DNA from: the human T2T-CHM13v2.0 reference genome, Homo sapiens
Assembly: GCF_009914755.1 (NCBI RefSeq)
Contig: NC_060938.1
Length of the DNA: 64,000 bases
Reading direction: 5' to 3' (one strand)
The notes under the pieces: generated by a model
What the model was told of the DNA's origin: nothing
Databases searched by the model: none
Seen by the model: the letters and a program-made list of their open reading frames with translations, nothing else
Position numbers and translations under genes: made by a program
In this document: positions 40,201 through 55,400 of the stretch, piece after piece
Layout: the number at the start of each line of letters is the position of its first letter
Position numbering within the stretch: position 1 is the first letter of the stretch

Positions 40201-43200
40201 ACATCAGCATTTTTTAAATTCTTACATTAATCTATTTAAATTGAGGTCCTATTTTACCTCAAAGATATCTATTACCTGTATTTATCTATCCAATCGAGTT
40301 CGTGCCACATATATTTTTTTTAATTCTGCAATTCCTCTGAAGCTTTTAAGATCTTTTCTTGCTGGTTAGAATAATCCTCAAGTTTTTCTAATCATAGCAC
40401 TTTTATTTTCTCATTCTTCCGATTAAAATTCTATCCTCTTCATTTAAAAAGGTGAATATATTTGGATCTGTCATCTCCAATGAATGAAAAGCAATTAGAA
40501 ACCCTAGAAAAGATAAATGAAATAATTATTACAAACCATTTTAAAATTTGTTAATTTTTCCAGATTTCTATAAAAAGCAAATGCAAATAGGAAAGAAACA
40601 AGAACTGGGCTTTCATGGGTTTTCATATATTTTCCAATCTGAGCTGTCTTCAAGACTTGAAGATTAACTAGTGGTAAACAAGAGAAAATTTAAAATGAGG
40701 ATTATAAATGTAGAAGTTATCAAAGATTACAATTTTTTAAAATCTCAAAGCTTTTGTTTAAAGAGATTCCCATCAAAGGAATTTGTATCAAAAAGAAAAT
40801 GAATAAATCTGAAATGTAATTAGAATCAATAAGAAAATATCAGAGCTGGAAGAACATTAATAAATCCTTAGTAAAAATAGCACTATACAGATGAAAAAAG
40901 AGTCAGGGGTCAAGAAACTTAATTGATTTGTCTAAGGTCATGTTATTTGTCAATTCATTTCCAAGACCAGTGTTTCTCCAAATAGAGATTAATGAAAAGA
41001 AGAAAGAAAAAGAAGAAAAAGCAGATCTCCACTTTTTTTTTTTTTTCACCTGGAGGTCCTGATTCATTTGGTGTGGAATGGAGCATTCAAATTTCCTGTT
41101 TCCTTGGCTAACAGCAGAAAACTATTAAATGGAAGAAAATAAGATGTGAACTGAAGTGGTAGAAAAAAGTAAATGAAAAAAAAACAGAACAGGAGACTTT
41201 GTTTTCGGCAGTTTTTTAATTATACATATAGCTCCCTCAGCAGCCACATGAGGAGGGCCGGCTGGGTCTTTCTCCATTCTTTGGGCGAGTATATTTCAAA
41301 ATATGCTTAAGAGACTATCACATCCAAATCACCAGAGAGGAGATCGTAGCTAGTCCCAGGCTTTTTTCAATGTAACTTAGTAAAAATCCATGTGAATAGT
41401 TCCCCAAATTCTGCATTTTTAACAAGCTCCCTGCTTATGGAGCTGTCTCCTTGAGTGCAGGAAGGACAGGCTGTTTTACTTTATAACTGGGACACCAAGT
41501 ACAGATCCTGGTTCATAGGAGGTGCCTAGAAAACACATGATTGGTAAATAGTTAAATTGAATTAATAACTATAATAAGCAGTAAAACTTAATAAATGCTA
41601 GTATTTTTTTAAGTTGTATATATCTACTACTAGATATAAATTTTGGTTGGTGGTGGTCTTCATTTACCAACGTTTTGATTTTTACACTTTTCCAAAAAAT
41701 GTCAATTGCTATTCTGTACTCTATACAATCAGAAGGAAGTTCAGTTTGAGCACATAAAAATGACATAATATTCTGCAGTATCTAGAATACACAGCTTGAT
41801 ACTTCAGATTTATTTTTATCTTTGAAAGATATTAATAAAATAAGTAATTTATAAAAATGGAGAGATTTTAATAATTGAAACAAAAATACTAATTATGATA
41901 AGACTAAACATGTAATGTAGCCGTAGGTTGAAATAAACTTGGAACACTCTAGTTGTCTGCATACAATTTGCTTTCCCCAAGAACTACTTCTGCAAAATGT
42001 TCACTAGCCTGCAGAGATAACCCACATAGACTATGTTATTAATATGCAATCTTCCTTCCTGAAACAGTTTACATATACAGTATACAGCATCTGGACCTTG
42101 TAGTGGAATTTCCAAAGTTTGCTGTGGTTTGGGAGCTGCATATGGGTCAGTAATCATTATCCAGACACCATCATTTATAGTACACATACGTAAGAATGGG
42201 TGTGAGGCAGTGATAGGAACAAGTTTTGAGTGATCCCAAATATAATCCACCTGACTTAATACTTGTTACATGAGTATTTGGTGAGTGAAAAATCTGTTAG
42301 GAAAATGTGGAACTTTTAAATAATATGACTCTCATACCTCATTGAACGTTTTGGATTTTTGCAGAAGAGGGAAGAGCATTAATTTTATAGTCAGCAACAA
42401 CACATTGCATGCCTCCTACAAATTAAGCATCATAATATTATCTGGAGAAAAATAAATGTCATGAGCCTTAATCTGTAATTTCTAGGAAACTACTTGGCCT
42501 ATGTTCTCATTTGTCAATACCTGTAGTCTCCAACCTTAATTATGTACTGTTCAATAACCTGCTTGCTTGCTTACTTTAGTATAGTGTCTTATCTAAAGTT
42601 TCATCCTCTGGGTGTTAATCTCTCACTGGCAACAGTTTCAACCATAATTTTTTGACTCTTGATCACAACTCACTCATATGACCCAGGGAAACAAATTACA
42701 GTGTTCTCTTTGCATTGATTTGACTTCCGGGCCTTTGTAAATCTTAATTCTCTAATTAGGCTGTAAAAAGAAACTGCAATATATAGATTCATGAAATAGA
42801 ATCAGGACAGGGGAAACATTTTTAACAGTTTTGAAGCCCAAGGGCATTTTAGAACTGTCACTATGATGTGTTGGGTTTAAAAATTCAACGGTCTATATTA
42901 AAATAAATAGGCTTATGACAACACAGTTCCTGCTCTAGGCATCTCAGAATCACCGTAGTTTCGTATATTTGGAAATGCTTAAATATACTGGAAATAAAAA
43001 ATTATATAACATTTTCATATTACAATATTAAACATTCTATTTTCATTCCTACAACTACTGTTCCATTTCATGTCCTAATCATTGCTTGTCTAATTTCAAC
43101 AATTTCTCAAATGGTTTCTATTACTAGGAATCCGTCCTTTGTCAGATGACTTTCCTAGAAAACAATATCTATTTTATGTGACTTTAGTATTTCAGAATCA

Positions 43201-44096
43201 CATGGTTTCCTCATATCTACTCAGTTGTTTTAAAACTAGTGAAAGTATTCATTTTACAAAGGCAATATCACATAAAACTTTGTTATATTTTAAGAAGCAT
43301 GGAGACTTCTACTTATTGCCATGATAGAATAATTGGTACTGGAATAACCCTCCATGGATGAACAAATATTAAACTGAATGATTGAACAACCACTGGACTA
43401 TTTGTAAAGATCTAAAATATTGTGCCACTTTCTGATAAAATGTGCATTTACATATATATTATTCTTCAGAAATGTATCTATTAATAGCATTTTTCCTTGG
43501 GTATGTGTAAATAAAATGTTAGCTATTTTCTAGTTTAAAAAATGACTTTTATAACTAGTGATTATTTATTTATTTTATATTTAATTGTAATGAAACTTCC
43601 ATTTATTCCTAAATGTTGATTATTTTAATCCCTCCAAATATAAGTTTCCTAAAAGCAGCCATCTTGATTGTCTTGTATTCTTATATATTCTCATAACGTC
43701 GTCCAATACTTGGCATTCTTTACATACTCAAAACACATATGCTGAGTTTTTGAAAGGATGCATACTTATTAATTTTTTTGTCAAATACTCATCCATGTTA
43801 CAGGTTAAACAGCTTTCCGTTGAAGATTTTTTAATAAATACATTAATCAAAATCACCATATTTGCATACATATTTTACAGTAGACATGATAGAAATTGTA
43901 AATGGCTTGGTCATATATATTAATATTACTTACATTAAAGAAATCTATGTTAGCCTTCAGTTACTTTGCATCGTCTTCTGGTAAGATAAGTGGCAAAATA
44001 TTTAAATCAAGTAAATGGAGAAAAGACACTAACATTATTTTATAGAAAAATACACTTGACAGATGCAAGTTAAGCAAAATAAGATTTGAGGTTTGG

Positions 44097-45365
44097 TGAA
44101 AGGTCTTTAAAATGATAATGGAAAAAATACACACTATGAAAAAATACTCATGAATTTCAAAACTTTTGCATAATAATAAACTTGTACTAACTTTTTATAA
44201 CATGTTTGAACAGTATCTAGTTTGAGGCATTAAGAAGAAAAAGGTATCAGTTTGAAAAGAGCCCCTAGAAAAGTAACATGTATTCTATTCAAATGAAGGA
44301 AGAACCAATATCAAATTTATGGTGAAGGTTGTGTAGAAAAATAATGAATCATTGATGCTTTATGAAAAGTTTAGGAGGACAATAACCTAGAGAAATGAGC
44401 AGTGTGCAAGTGGTTAACTTGTTTTAAGAAGGGACAAGACAATGTTGAAGCCCACAGCGTCAGACCATCCACATCAATTTGTTAGAAATAAAATACCTTG
44501 TTCATGCCCTAATTGAAGAAGAACAACAATTAACAGCAGAAACAGTGCACAACACCACAGACATCTCAACTGGTTAACCTTACACAATTCTGACTACTAA
44601 AAAATTAAAGTTGTGCCAACTTTCCATTTAATAGATCCCAAAACTTGTTCCTGGGTCAGCTGCAGACAAGAGCAAAACATTCAGTGAAAATTTTAAAGAA
44701 GTGAGATCAAGATCCTGAAGGCTTTCTTAAGAGAATTGTAACAGGAGATAAAACATAGCTATACCAATATTATCCTGAAGACAAAGCACAAATAAACTAA
44801 TGGCTATCAAGAGTTGGAAGTGGTCCAGTCAAAGTAAAAGTGGACTGATCAAGAGCAAAGGCATGGCATCATTTTTTGGGATGCTCATGGCTCTTTGCTT
44901 ATTCTCTGGAAGTTCAAAAACTATAAATCCTGCTTATTATGAGTGTTTGAGAAAGTTAGTCAATGCTTTAACACACAAACACCCAGCCAAACTTCATCAG
45001 AGAGTCCCTCTCTGCCATAACAATGCTTCTGCTCATTACTCTCATTAACAAGGGCAATTTTGTGAGAGTTTTAATGGAAAATCATTAGGCATCCCCCTTA
45101 GGGTTCTGATTTGGCTTCTTCTGACTTCGTTTCTTTCCTAATTTGAAAAACATCTGTAAAGGGCGTGAATTTTATTTAATTAATAATGTAAAAAAGACTA
45201 CCTTGACATGGTTAAATTCTTAGGACCATCATTTATTTAGAGATGAACTAAATCGTTGCTGTCATTGCTTACAAAAGCGTCTTAGCTCATAGTAAGAGAC
45301 AAAGTTCATACTTAGATTTTTATTTTTAAGTTTAATTTCTTGGTGAAGTTTTTGAAGTCCCCTCA
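44097..45365 (+). mobile_element. Near full-length Hsmar2 mariner with decayed transposase
   Basis: Right TIR AAGTTTTTGAAGTCCCCTCA+TA; degenerate left TIR; remnants IVTGDKT*LYQYYPE, HNNASAH and SDLASSDF; stops and frameshifts. Confidence 0.9.
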
Positions 45366-45419
45366 TATATGAAACCTTTTCCTATAATACATACAAATAA
45401 ATGTATTACATTTTACAGC

Positions 45420-45880
45420 AGCATTCATTCAAAAAATATTGTGAGTACCCATTACATGTCTTTAACCATAGAAGGAATTTGGATGGTATCTGTGAACAAA
45501 GCATAAAAAATCACTGTCGTCATGAAACTTAACTCCTGCTAATGGAAAATATGCAACAAATGATAATCAAATAGATATAATAAATTACATATTATGCTGA
45601 GGATGCTAAGTATTTTGGGGGAAATGAAACAAGGAAAGTGAGTTTAGAAATAATAGGAAAGTTAAAATTATAAAGAGGATTGGGAGGTAGAGTGACATTT
45701 TAACCATAAGAAGATAGTTTATTAAGAGATTGAAGAAGATTTTGGTCACATGGTTCTCTTGGTAAGGGGCATTTAAGCAAAGGAAAAAAACCTGTGCAAA
45801 GCCCCATGACACAGCTAATTTGACATGTTCAAGGATCAGTAAGAAGGCCCGGGAGGGTATAAGGCAGTGAGGGAGGAACA
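45420..45880 (-). mobile_element. L2 fragment
   Basis: CATTCATTCAAAAAATATTGTGAGTACC...TGTGCAAAGCCCC...CATGTTCAAGGATCAGTAAGAAGGCC. Confidence 0.6.
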
Positions 45881-46859
45881 GAGGAGTAGATTAGAAGAGA
45901 AAAATATTGATATTTAACAAAGATATTTCATATTTGATCATGTTTGTCATATGTTTCACAAAGAATCATGTAGAGACTATAGTCTCTAGATTTTGTAATT
46001 CAAATCTAAAATACATTATTACAATTAAGAAAAATTAATTTCACAATAATAATAATGGAAGGTGCAGTGTGTCTTGTTCAGTTGACAAATTCAGAACCAA
46101 AAGAAAATGGAAAAATTCAGGTATTCTCATTCACATTTTATGTAAGAGAACTTCATCTCATAGCTTTTAATGACAAAATAAGATGTTACCATAATATAGC
46201 ACTTTTAGGTGTTTTTAAAAGAAGTATATTCTATCCATGACACTAATAGCCCACAACTCACAATTGGTAGCAGAAGGTAGGACGTTGTTTTTTTTTTAAA
46301 TCCAAATCTCTAATCTCTCAGGGTATTTCTAAAAGAAGAGCAATTTGATTCTTTAGTTTTGTGAAAGTGAAAGCCCCATAACCTTTTATGGACCAAGTGG
46401 TTCATCACATTTGATCTGTTGAGCTATAAAAGCATGAAACTTCAATATGAACATGACACAGAACTCTTACCATTTATTCTTTTGTTCCATGTGGCCACAG
46501 CTTTCAGCTCTCAAAAGCACTTCTTTTACATCATTTTTTGAAGTTGGTACCTTTAATGAAAAGGTTTTCTCAATGTCCATGAATTTTGCAACTACTATAC
46601 ATCAGGTGACAGCTTAACAGTAAAGAGCTTTAAAAACATTGCTTCACTTCATTTTCCATAAAATTTAAGTATACAGAACAAAATAAAAACACTATTGTAG
46701 CGAAGGCACCAGAAAAAGACTGTCAGTACTTGAATATTTATGATATAATCAGTAATATGTAAAATACATAACATATATGTACATATACATATTTATATTC
46801 AGCAGCTAGTTTACACTACCTCTCTATCAATCCCTCCACCCACCTCTCCCTCTTTCAAG

Positions 46860-47480
46860 TTGTTTCATATTTTGCAGCTCTATTGCTTGGTGCATAAACA
46901 TTTAGGATAGCTATGTTTTTTGAAGGACTGTCCCATTTATATTAATATAATATCCCTCAATACCTCTGGTAATTTTATTTGCTATGAAGACTACTTTTTC
47001 TGATATGAATGTATCCACTCCTGTTTTAAAAACTTATTATTTGCGTGATATATGTTTCATCATTTCACTTTCAACCTTCCTATATTTGAAGTGCTTTTCT
47101 CAGGGGCATGTAGTTGGGATATGTGTTTAAATTGACTTTGCTAATCACTTTTAATTGGTGTATTTAGAACATTTACATTTATTAATATTTTAGGGCTTAC
47201 TTTTGCCTTTTTGTTTGTGTTGCTGTTTGTTTCATAGTTTTCTTCTGATTTCATTTACCTATCTAGTTCTGGGTTATTTCAACATTTGTTAAATTTTAAT
47301 TTTGATTTATTTGTAGTGTTTATGAGAGTATGTATTTATTTCTATAGGTTTTCCTTTTAGTCATATTTATGTAGGTTATTACAATCTACTGCTATTCATT
47401 TTACTGGATCAATTGAAATACCAAAATCTTACCTCTCTTTATCTCTTAACCTTCTCTAATTTATAATGTAGTTGTGTTAA
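46860..47480 (-). mobile_element. Old L1 (L1M) endonuclease-region fragment
   Basis: TATTTTGCAGCTCTATTGCTTGGTGCATAAACATTTAGGAT...CTGAAGACTACTTT-like L1 antisense text. Confidence 0.65.
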
Positions 47481-48002
47481 ATTTTTCTTCTGTATTCTAC
47501 AGCTACTGTAGAGAATTTTATGGGAGTTTTGAATGTAGATCTTTTTCTTTTTTCTTCTAGAAATGTTACTGTTTTCTTTCATGCACTGAATTCTCATCAT
47601 TATGAGTGTTTTCTGAGGTATAACTTTTATACGTGTAATGTATAGAATGTATAGATATAATGGTTTATGTATAAAAGTTACATATAATATGTATTATATA
47701 ATATGTATTATGTATGTATTATGTATTATTATTTGTGTGTGCTTGTGTGTGTACGTGTATGTATATAATAGGGTTCCAGTGGCCTCATCAACCTGGCAAC
47801 TATGCACCTCTTTTAAAAAATGTCAATAATGTTTAACCCTGTTTTTACAAGTATCTCATTTTAGGGCTTTTAAACATAGGTAAGTTCTTTATTGCTTTGA
47901 ATGAAATACAATGAAAATGACATTTGCCAGTATCAGGCATCTGGCCTTCCACTGGCACTTTCCATGTTCTAACTTTCTAGGAACACTCACTCATAGGGAA
48001 TC

Positions 48003-48372
48003 TATGTTAGTCTGTTATCACACTGCTGTAAGGAACTACCTGAGACTGAGTAACTTATGAAGAAAAGAGGTTTAATTGACTCACACTTCTACAGGCTGTA
48101 CAGGAAGGCTGGGGAACCTCAGAAAACTTACAATCAGGGAGGAAGGCAAAGGGGAAGCAAGCACATCTTACCATGGCATAGCAGGAGAGAGAGTGAAGGG
48201 GGAAGTGCTACCACTTTTAAACAAGCAGATCTCTTGAGAATTCCATCATGAGAACAGCAAGGGCAAGTCCTCCCCCATGATTCAATCACCTTCCACCAGC
48301 CCCCTCCTTCAACATGAGAGGATTACAATTCACCATGAGATTTGGGTGGGGATGCAGAGCCAAACCATATCA
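48003..48372 (-). mobile_element. MSTA-like MaLR solo LTR
   Basis: TATGTTAGTC...AAGAAAAGAGGTTTAATTGACTCAC...AAACCATATCA; TSD GAATC/GAAGC. Confidence 0.9.
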
Positions 48373-49590
48373 GAAGCCAACCAACAAGTACCAAATCCAG
48401 CTTTCCTGAAGTTAACAAGTTTGACAAAGACTAAGCTGTAGTAAAAAGTACAGCAAAATTGAAAAGATTATCAGATGCAATGATAAGATTAACATCCTCA
48501 GATTACATATTCATGTAACTCTTATTCATCAAAAAATGTTTAGAGAAAATGGGATAGTATTAAAATTTTATAATTTGTGGAAATGTTGCTGTATTAGAAT
48601 AATACCTAGATAATGAATGAAAAATACAGGTTATGGCTATGAAGCCTTTATTTTGCAATAATCTATTCGAAATAAACAGCAAAATTCTTCCTCATTTTCT
48701 TTACCATAAGAGCATTCATTATTTTGTGTGAAAAAGATTTTTCTTTCATTAGTATTGTAAATGATAACTTTATTTTTTCTAGTATATTTATGATTTTGGT
48801 TTACTTGTGCTATTTTATTTTTTAAATTAATACATTTCTAGATCAATTTAATTTTAGGTTTTTTGATACTGATTACTTTTTTTAATATTTCATGATTTTT
48901 ATAAGTGTATATAGAAATAATAGTCACCTTACATTTTACTTCACAATACTTTATTATTGGATTATTATTCTTTACAATTGTATGCCTTGCAACTGTTTTT
49001 ATTAAATGCTCTTTATTTGTATTAAAAACATATAATTTATCTGCAGTATACAAAGGTTTATGTGTATATACATAGTTTTAATCCTTTTGATAACTTTATT
49101 CAAATCCATTACATCATTGCTAATTGACATATTTTGTCTTTGTCAAATTGTTTATACGGTCACATATGAAAGTAGACACATCAAATATTTTAAATATGAT
49201 TTATGCTTTTAAAGTTCTTATTTTATGAGTATTCAGTTAATTCAATACAATATCCTTTGGTATGTTAAGTTTATATTGTTATAAATTAAGGATGAATTAT
49301 TCTGTTTATAATTACATAATACATCCTTGCTTTAGTAATTAATAACCTTTGCTCTATATGAATGCCCTCATACTAATCCATTTTGACTTTTATTACATAA
49401 TATGTATACATGAAAAAATCTATGCAACACACATATGAACCTTAAAGCACAATAATTTAAAAAAAATTAGTTTCAGGAATCAACTACTCAACCCATCAAG
49501 CAGAAGGCCAATTGTATTGCTATATGGATTTTTGTTTCTTGTTACTGTATCTTAAGGTTTTCCTCCATACCAGGTTAACCAATAACCTGA

Positions 49591-49606
49591 ATATATACAT
49601 ATATAT

Positions 49607-49656
<50 letters not shown>

Positions 49657-49672
49657 GTGTATATATATATAT
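49591..49672. repeat. (TA)n microsatellite
   Basis: Interrupted TA run of ~80 nt. Confidence 0.95.
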
Positions 49673-51620
49673 GCAGAAATTTTTTAGATTTAAAAATGTT
49701 TAATCACAAATGTAAAGTTCCTAAAATGCATAATATATATGCATATGGGTATATTCATCTGCATTTATTTGTGTACATATTTAGGTGCTTATGTTTTTTT
49801 AATAATTTTGCTGACAATAAAATTATGCTATAAAGAGTCTTACAGCATTCTTTTTCATTCATATATTTTATTTCTGAGATGTGTTCTATAACCGTATTTT
49901 CTCTGATCTATAGTATTTCATTGGCAAATACACTACATTGTATACAGCCAGTCAGTCTTCTGAACCGTTTTTTTCTCTCCCACTTAACTACAATCCCATT
50001 CTTATGGAAACACTGGTGGTGATGTACAAGAGTTCCCAAAGATATATGACTCTAACAGTGAAATTACTGCTTTTTGGAGTTTATGGGTATTTAACTTTAT
50101 ATGGCTGTCACGTTGTTAATGTACTTGTATCAATTTAAAAGCCTAGTAAGAGCAATAAAACTATCTATTGATGAAAATTCTTACTAATGCTTGATATTTA
50201 TTAGTAAGCTTCTTAATTGTTGTCTATTTGATATGAAACATCTCATTTTGGTCCTAATTTACATTTTCATGATTACTAATTATATTTATATAAGTCATTC
50301 CTAATTACTTTCCTATGAAAACCTGTTGCCTATAATTTTGAAGTTGTCTATAGTTTTCTTAGGAATAATTAACACTTATCTATATATTATTGCGTTTTTT
50401 TTTTTGTTTTTAGAATTCAAATAACTTTCCCAGATTATGAATTCTCTTTCATTCTCTGTGGGATTTTTTCTTCTAATTTTTACTTCTAATTTTTCCTTCA
50501 AATTTTTATTGTGGAGATATTTCATACACACCAAGTTAGAGGTTTACTAAGTCTCATGTGCCTATGCCTTACTTGCAGTGTTCTCAACATTTTGCCAATA
50601 GTGTTTCATTTTACTCTGCAGTTTTTTATGTTTACTTTGAACATCATAAATCACTGCAATGCTGCAATACTGTAAATAGCTCACTTATCATCTCTGAAGA
50701 AGGATTTGTTTTTATGATTACCACATTGCCATTGTGAAACCATAGCAAATTAAGAATTTTTTTTTTTTTTTGGTGTCACCTACTAGCCACTAATTATGCT
50801 CTTTTGCTGCCAGTTTTTTTTCTTTTTGTATGCAGTTGGTTCCTGCAAAACTTCACCCAATCATCACCTGGCAAATTATGATACACATTTCAAAGTAGAT
50901 ATTAATTACACTGAGAATAAATCCCTTGGCTCCAAAATCATGTTAGGTGCCCTTTCTATACAGTGTAATAGCAATACCCACTTCTTCCTTTGCATATATA
51001 TTCCCAGCCTGCAACTGTATTGTTACATATGTATCTTTGGAAGTGCACTATAAAAGCTTTATTTACCAATTTATTGCTTATTCTTAGTGGAGAAATTGCA
51101 TACGGTCATTACTCAATATGAATGAATAAAACACATAAAATAATTAATATTTTTGGAAAACTTTTAATCGTAGATACTATTTTTTCATATTTCCACGGTG
51201 CCAAACACAGTTCTTAGCTCTTTCTATATCAGAAAAAATAAACAAGCTTTTCAATTCTTCACTTTTTGTAATATAGGAAAATATTTTAACATCTCTAATG
51301 TTAAATATTTTGACCAAAGTTAAGCATGCATCTGGCGGAACATACAATTAATATTTATGTTCCTATGAAAATATTTTATTGGCCAAAATACCAACTATAA
51401 TAAGCACATATAACTGCAACAGTTATAAATGGAATATATTTTAGTTTGGCTCAGCATTCAGATTTAACATTTGCAAGTGTTGTGAACATGGTAGCTTGCT
51501 TAAGAACTGGAAATTATGCAATAATATACCCCTTACTTATCTTCAGGTACGCAGTATGTCCAAATGCTCTCAGGGAACCTCACAAAATTTACTTCCCTTT
51601 GCCCCAGGGTAATACCTTTC

Positions 51621-51800
51621 ATTTATGTGTGTATATATATTTATATTTATGTATATATATTTATATTTATGTATAGATTTTGTGTACATATTTTATATAT
51701 TTATATACATATTTATGTATATATATATTTATATATTATGTGTATATATATTTATGAATATTTATGTATATTATGTATATATGTATATATATTTATATTC
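51621..51800. repeat. TA-rich low-complexity repeat
   Basis: TATATATTTATATTTATGTA reiterations. Confidence 0.9.
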
Positions 51801-52098
51801 TTCCATCTATATTCACTTAAGTAGGTAGACAGTATTTCTTTCTTACCTCTAAATATTTTATTTACACAAGACTTTATGATAACTTGGGCAACAGAAATAA
51901 AACAAAAACAGCTTACAGTGTTTTTCCCAAGGCAAGCAGAAGACTCATAATATTGTGACAGCAGTAAACTTTAAAAAGAGGATAATTTCTGTGTGTGTGT
52001 ATGTAAGCAGCTCATGTAAATGATTGTTTTCACCTTTGAATTAAACTGGTCCTAATCCCAACTCATCTAGCAATTAGTTGAGATAAACGTAAAATAGG

Positions 52099-52414
52099 TT
52101 TTTTTTGGTTTGTTTTTTTCTTCTTTTTGTTTTTTGTTTTTTGTTTTTTGTTTTTCACCCAGGCTGGAGTGCTGTGGCATGATGTCGGCTCACTGAACCT
52201 CCACCTCCCGGGTTCAAGCAATTCTCCTGCCTCAGCCTCCCCAGTAGCTGGAACTACAGGCACATGCCACCACACCTGGCTAATTTTTTATATTTTTAGT
52301 AGAGACGGGATTTCACCGTGTTAGCCAGGATGGTCTCGATCTCCTGACCTCGTGATCCGCCCGCCTCGTCCTCCCAAAATGCCAGGATTACAGGCATGAG
52401 CCATGGCACCCAGC
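52099..52414 (-). mobile_element. AluSc8/Y-like with T-rich microsatellite tail
   Basis: CCGTGTTAGCCAGGATGGTCTCGATC; ~20 nt before the tail are missing. Confidence 0.9.
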
Positions 52415-55400
52415 GTTTTATGTTGTTGTTTGTTTGTTTGTTTGTTTTTAGGCTACACCATTCTTGGAGTAAATATAGGTAACTAAAAACAATTACAAAA
52501 AAAGTATTTATTAGACTCCAGTCTATTACTATGAAAATTCAGCCTTCCATAAATTCCACACTGATAACACTAAGAGTACCCAAAGAACATTCCCCACATG
52601 TATGTTTGTTTGTTTTGGTGGGCCCTCGTAGAAGACTAAACATGTTCTGAGGACTGACAATTGGGACACTCTTTTCACCAACTATTTGCATTTTGTACTA
52701 CTGCAATGATTAGTAGCTCTCTATTCTACCTGACATCTGAAGTAGCATTTAACATCCTCTGTTCTTCTCAACGATACTCTACAATTGATACCCAAATAAA
52801 AATTATTTATCTTTTTTTTCCTGTGGATTTCACTTGTGTCGCAGAAGTTACTGTTACGTATATTAATGAGTTGTATCATCACACAGTAGTCTGCCACATA
52901 ATGTATTTTCATGTTACTCATTTTAGAAAGACCTCCTTGCTCTAGATGTATTTAAGCTCAAGTGTATAAAACTATTAGAGTCATTTCTGGTGGCTCGGGG
53001 AAAGAAAAAGAGGAGATATGGAAATGCTGAAGTTGACAGACACTATATATTTTATTTAGAGAATGAACAGGACAAATCTGCTGTAAAATACACACATACT
53101 TTTTAAATACCGAAATTGTGCCAGTACTGTTAAGAGAAAAATATGGAAAAATATGTTTTTAAGAACTCAACAAACATTAATTAAATGCCACTGTATTCTA
53201 GATAATATGGTATAGACTCAGTCATTTCTGTTGTATCCACATCATGTCCTTCAAGAATCCGACAAAGTTATACTCTCAAAGAAGCATTAGATAATATCAA
53301 ATGAAAATACACTCTTTATTCAACAGGATCAACTAAAGGGGCGTGGGGGAAAGGGGTTGATCTGTTCAGTGTATGCAACAGTGAAGCAGTTGGAATTTCA
53401 TAGAAAGAATATACTCCCAGGGCAGAAGGAGATTTGAACTTTGTATCTACAAAGGAGAAAGTCTTATGATGGCAGGCTTGCAGGCTTTGTTACATTGAGA
53501 ATATAAAAAGGAATGAATTTAAAAGTTTTAGTCAAACTGCCTTAGAAAAATAGAGATACTCTGGCCTGTACTTAATGTAACACTTCTTGGCATCCCTCAA
53601 AATTTTGGTAAGATATCTAAATCTCTCAAATCTTAGTGACTGAAATTATCATAAAAATTAGAGCACAAAAGAGTCATGATGTCTTATTGTGATCAGCAGG
53701 ACACATATCGGGAAGCTCATTGTTAGGAGAGTCCTTCAGAGAAGATAGGCAAAAAAGAAGTACACAGCAGATAAAATCTTTTCAGTAGAGCAAAACTCGG
53801 GGAAAATTGAAGTAAATGAAAATTGATCCGTGCCTTAAGATTTTAAAAAATTAGTATTGAACAAATTAATAGATCGTTTTCTGACTTTTCTGATTTCTCT
53901 TCGATATTTGATAACCTATTCTTCTTGAAAATTGCTCTCTTCTTGATTTCCATAATACTGATCTCCACTAGTTTTTCTCCTTTGTTATTACTTTTCATTG
54001 GCAGAAGGAGCCGTTGAGACTCTGGATTTGACAGTAGATGAGACCAAAAAAAAAAAAAAGGCAGAGTACCTGAATTGTTTGGTTTCTTGATTGCTGGTAG
54101 AAAAAAGTGTAATGAGCTCCCACCCTACACAAAATCTGTTGGACAGCCTGGACCAGCTGCTTCCATTTCCTTTCCTCTGTCCGCACCATAAATAATAGTA
54201 TTCTTCAGTGTTTGGCTATATTCTCTTTTCTTCTATATTTTATACTTCACTGGGCAATTGTATCAACTTTAATTTAATTGACCCCACTATTATATTAATA
54301 GTAACTCCTAAATCTTCCTTACTAGCACAGATGGCATCTTTTTATTCGTACACAACCAAACAATAATAGATCTTGACAATCAGATGTTGTACAGGACGCT
54401 GATATTTAACACGCCCAAAATTCAGTTCATAAATTTCTTCTAAGAAAGTTGTAATAAAAATGCTAAGAAAAGTTAAAACTACTGATATTGGATTAGGAGA
54501 ATTTTATGAGGAAGTATTTTTGTGGTTTCTCCATGTATTACAACTGTACATATGCTAATTGATTTTTTGTGTGCCAGGCAATTATCTTAGTAGGAATATA
54601 AGGTGCAGAAATGACAGAGTCCTTACAGAGCTGGCATTCTTATCAGCACAAAAATAACTTATCTAGAAACAAATAAGTATACAACAAATTTCTAAGAGTA
54701 AAAGATAATGTGTGTTAGGGATAGGGAAGTAGAGTTGGGACAGGGATATTTTAGATGGCATTATCCGGAAGGACCTCTCCGAGATCTTTTGAAACGAGAA
54801 ATGGGTAAGGTAAAGAAGAAAATTATGTCAAGCTTCACAGGAAGAGTAAGGCACATTTTCCTAAGTAAATGCATTTTCCAATTTAGTAGTAAAATTTTAT
54901 GTTTAGATGATTCTTTTTAATAAATACGGAGAAATACTGCGCATGAGTGTTTTACTCTGAGGACATGCACTGTATTTAAGGTTAAGGAAACACTGGCTAA
55001 AAAATAGATATATACTCACATGGAAAAAAAGTAAAATAGATTTGAGACAATGAATTGTTTAACTTTTATCTCAGATAATCACATTTGCACATCTTAATGA
55101 AGTTAAATATTCACCTTTAAATAAAAGAGTTTGTTTTTTTAAAAAAAGTAATAAATATAGTGCAAAAAAATTGTGGACTTGAAAGTGAATTAGGTTTCAA
55201 TTTTGACATAACAGGAAACTTCCTTCGTCATCTTTTAGTGTTGTGTTTATATAGCTTACACATTTTCTGCAAATACATTAGACTCAAATATTGACATTAA
55301 TTGTCATATTCAACACGGTCAACTTAAAATATGAGATACAGGATAAATATTTTATGTGAGTCAATAACTATGTTCATTTCCCAATGCTTGAGAAAAAAAT

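Noticed and set aside
44800-45048. 82-aa ORF as an active transposase
   Set aside because: Frameshifted fragment of Hsmar2; catalytic residues are altered and stops are present elsewhere.
47638-51828. Y/I/C/V-rich ORFs
   Set aside because: Translations of (TA)n and (TG)n microsatellites.
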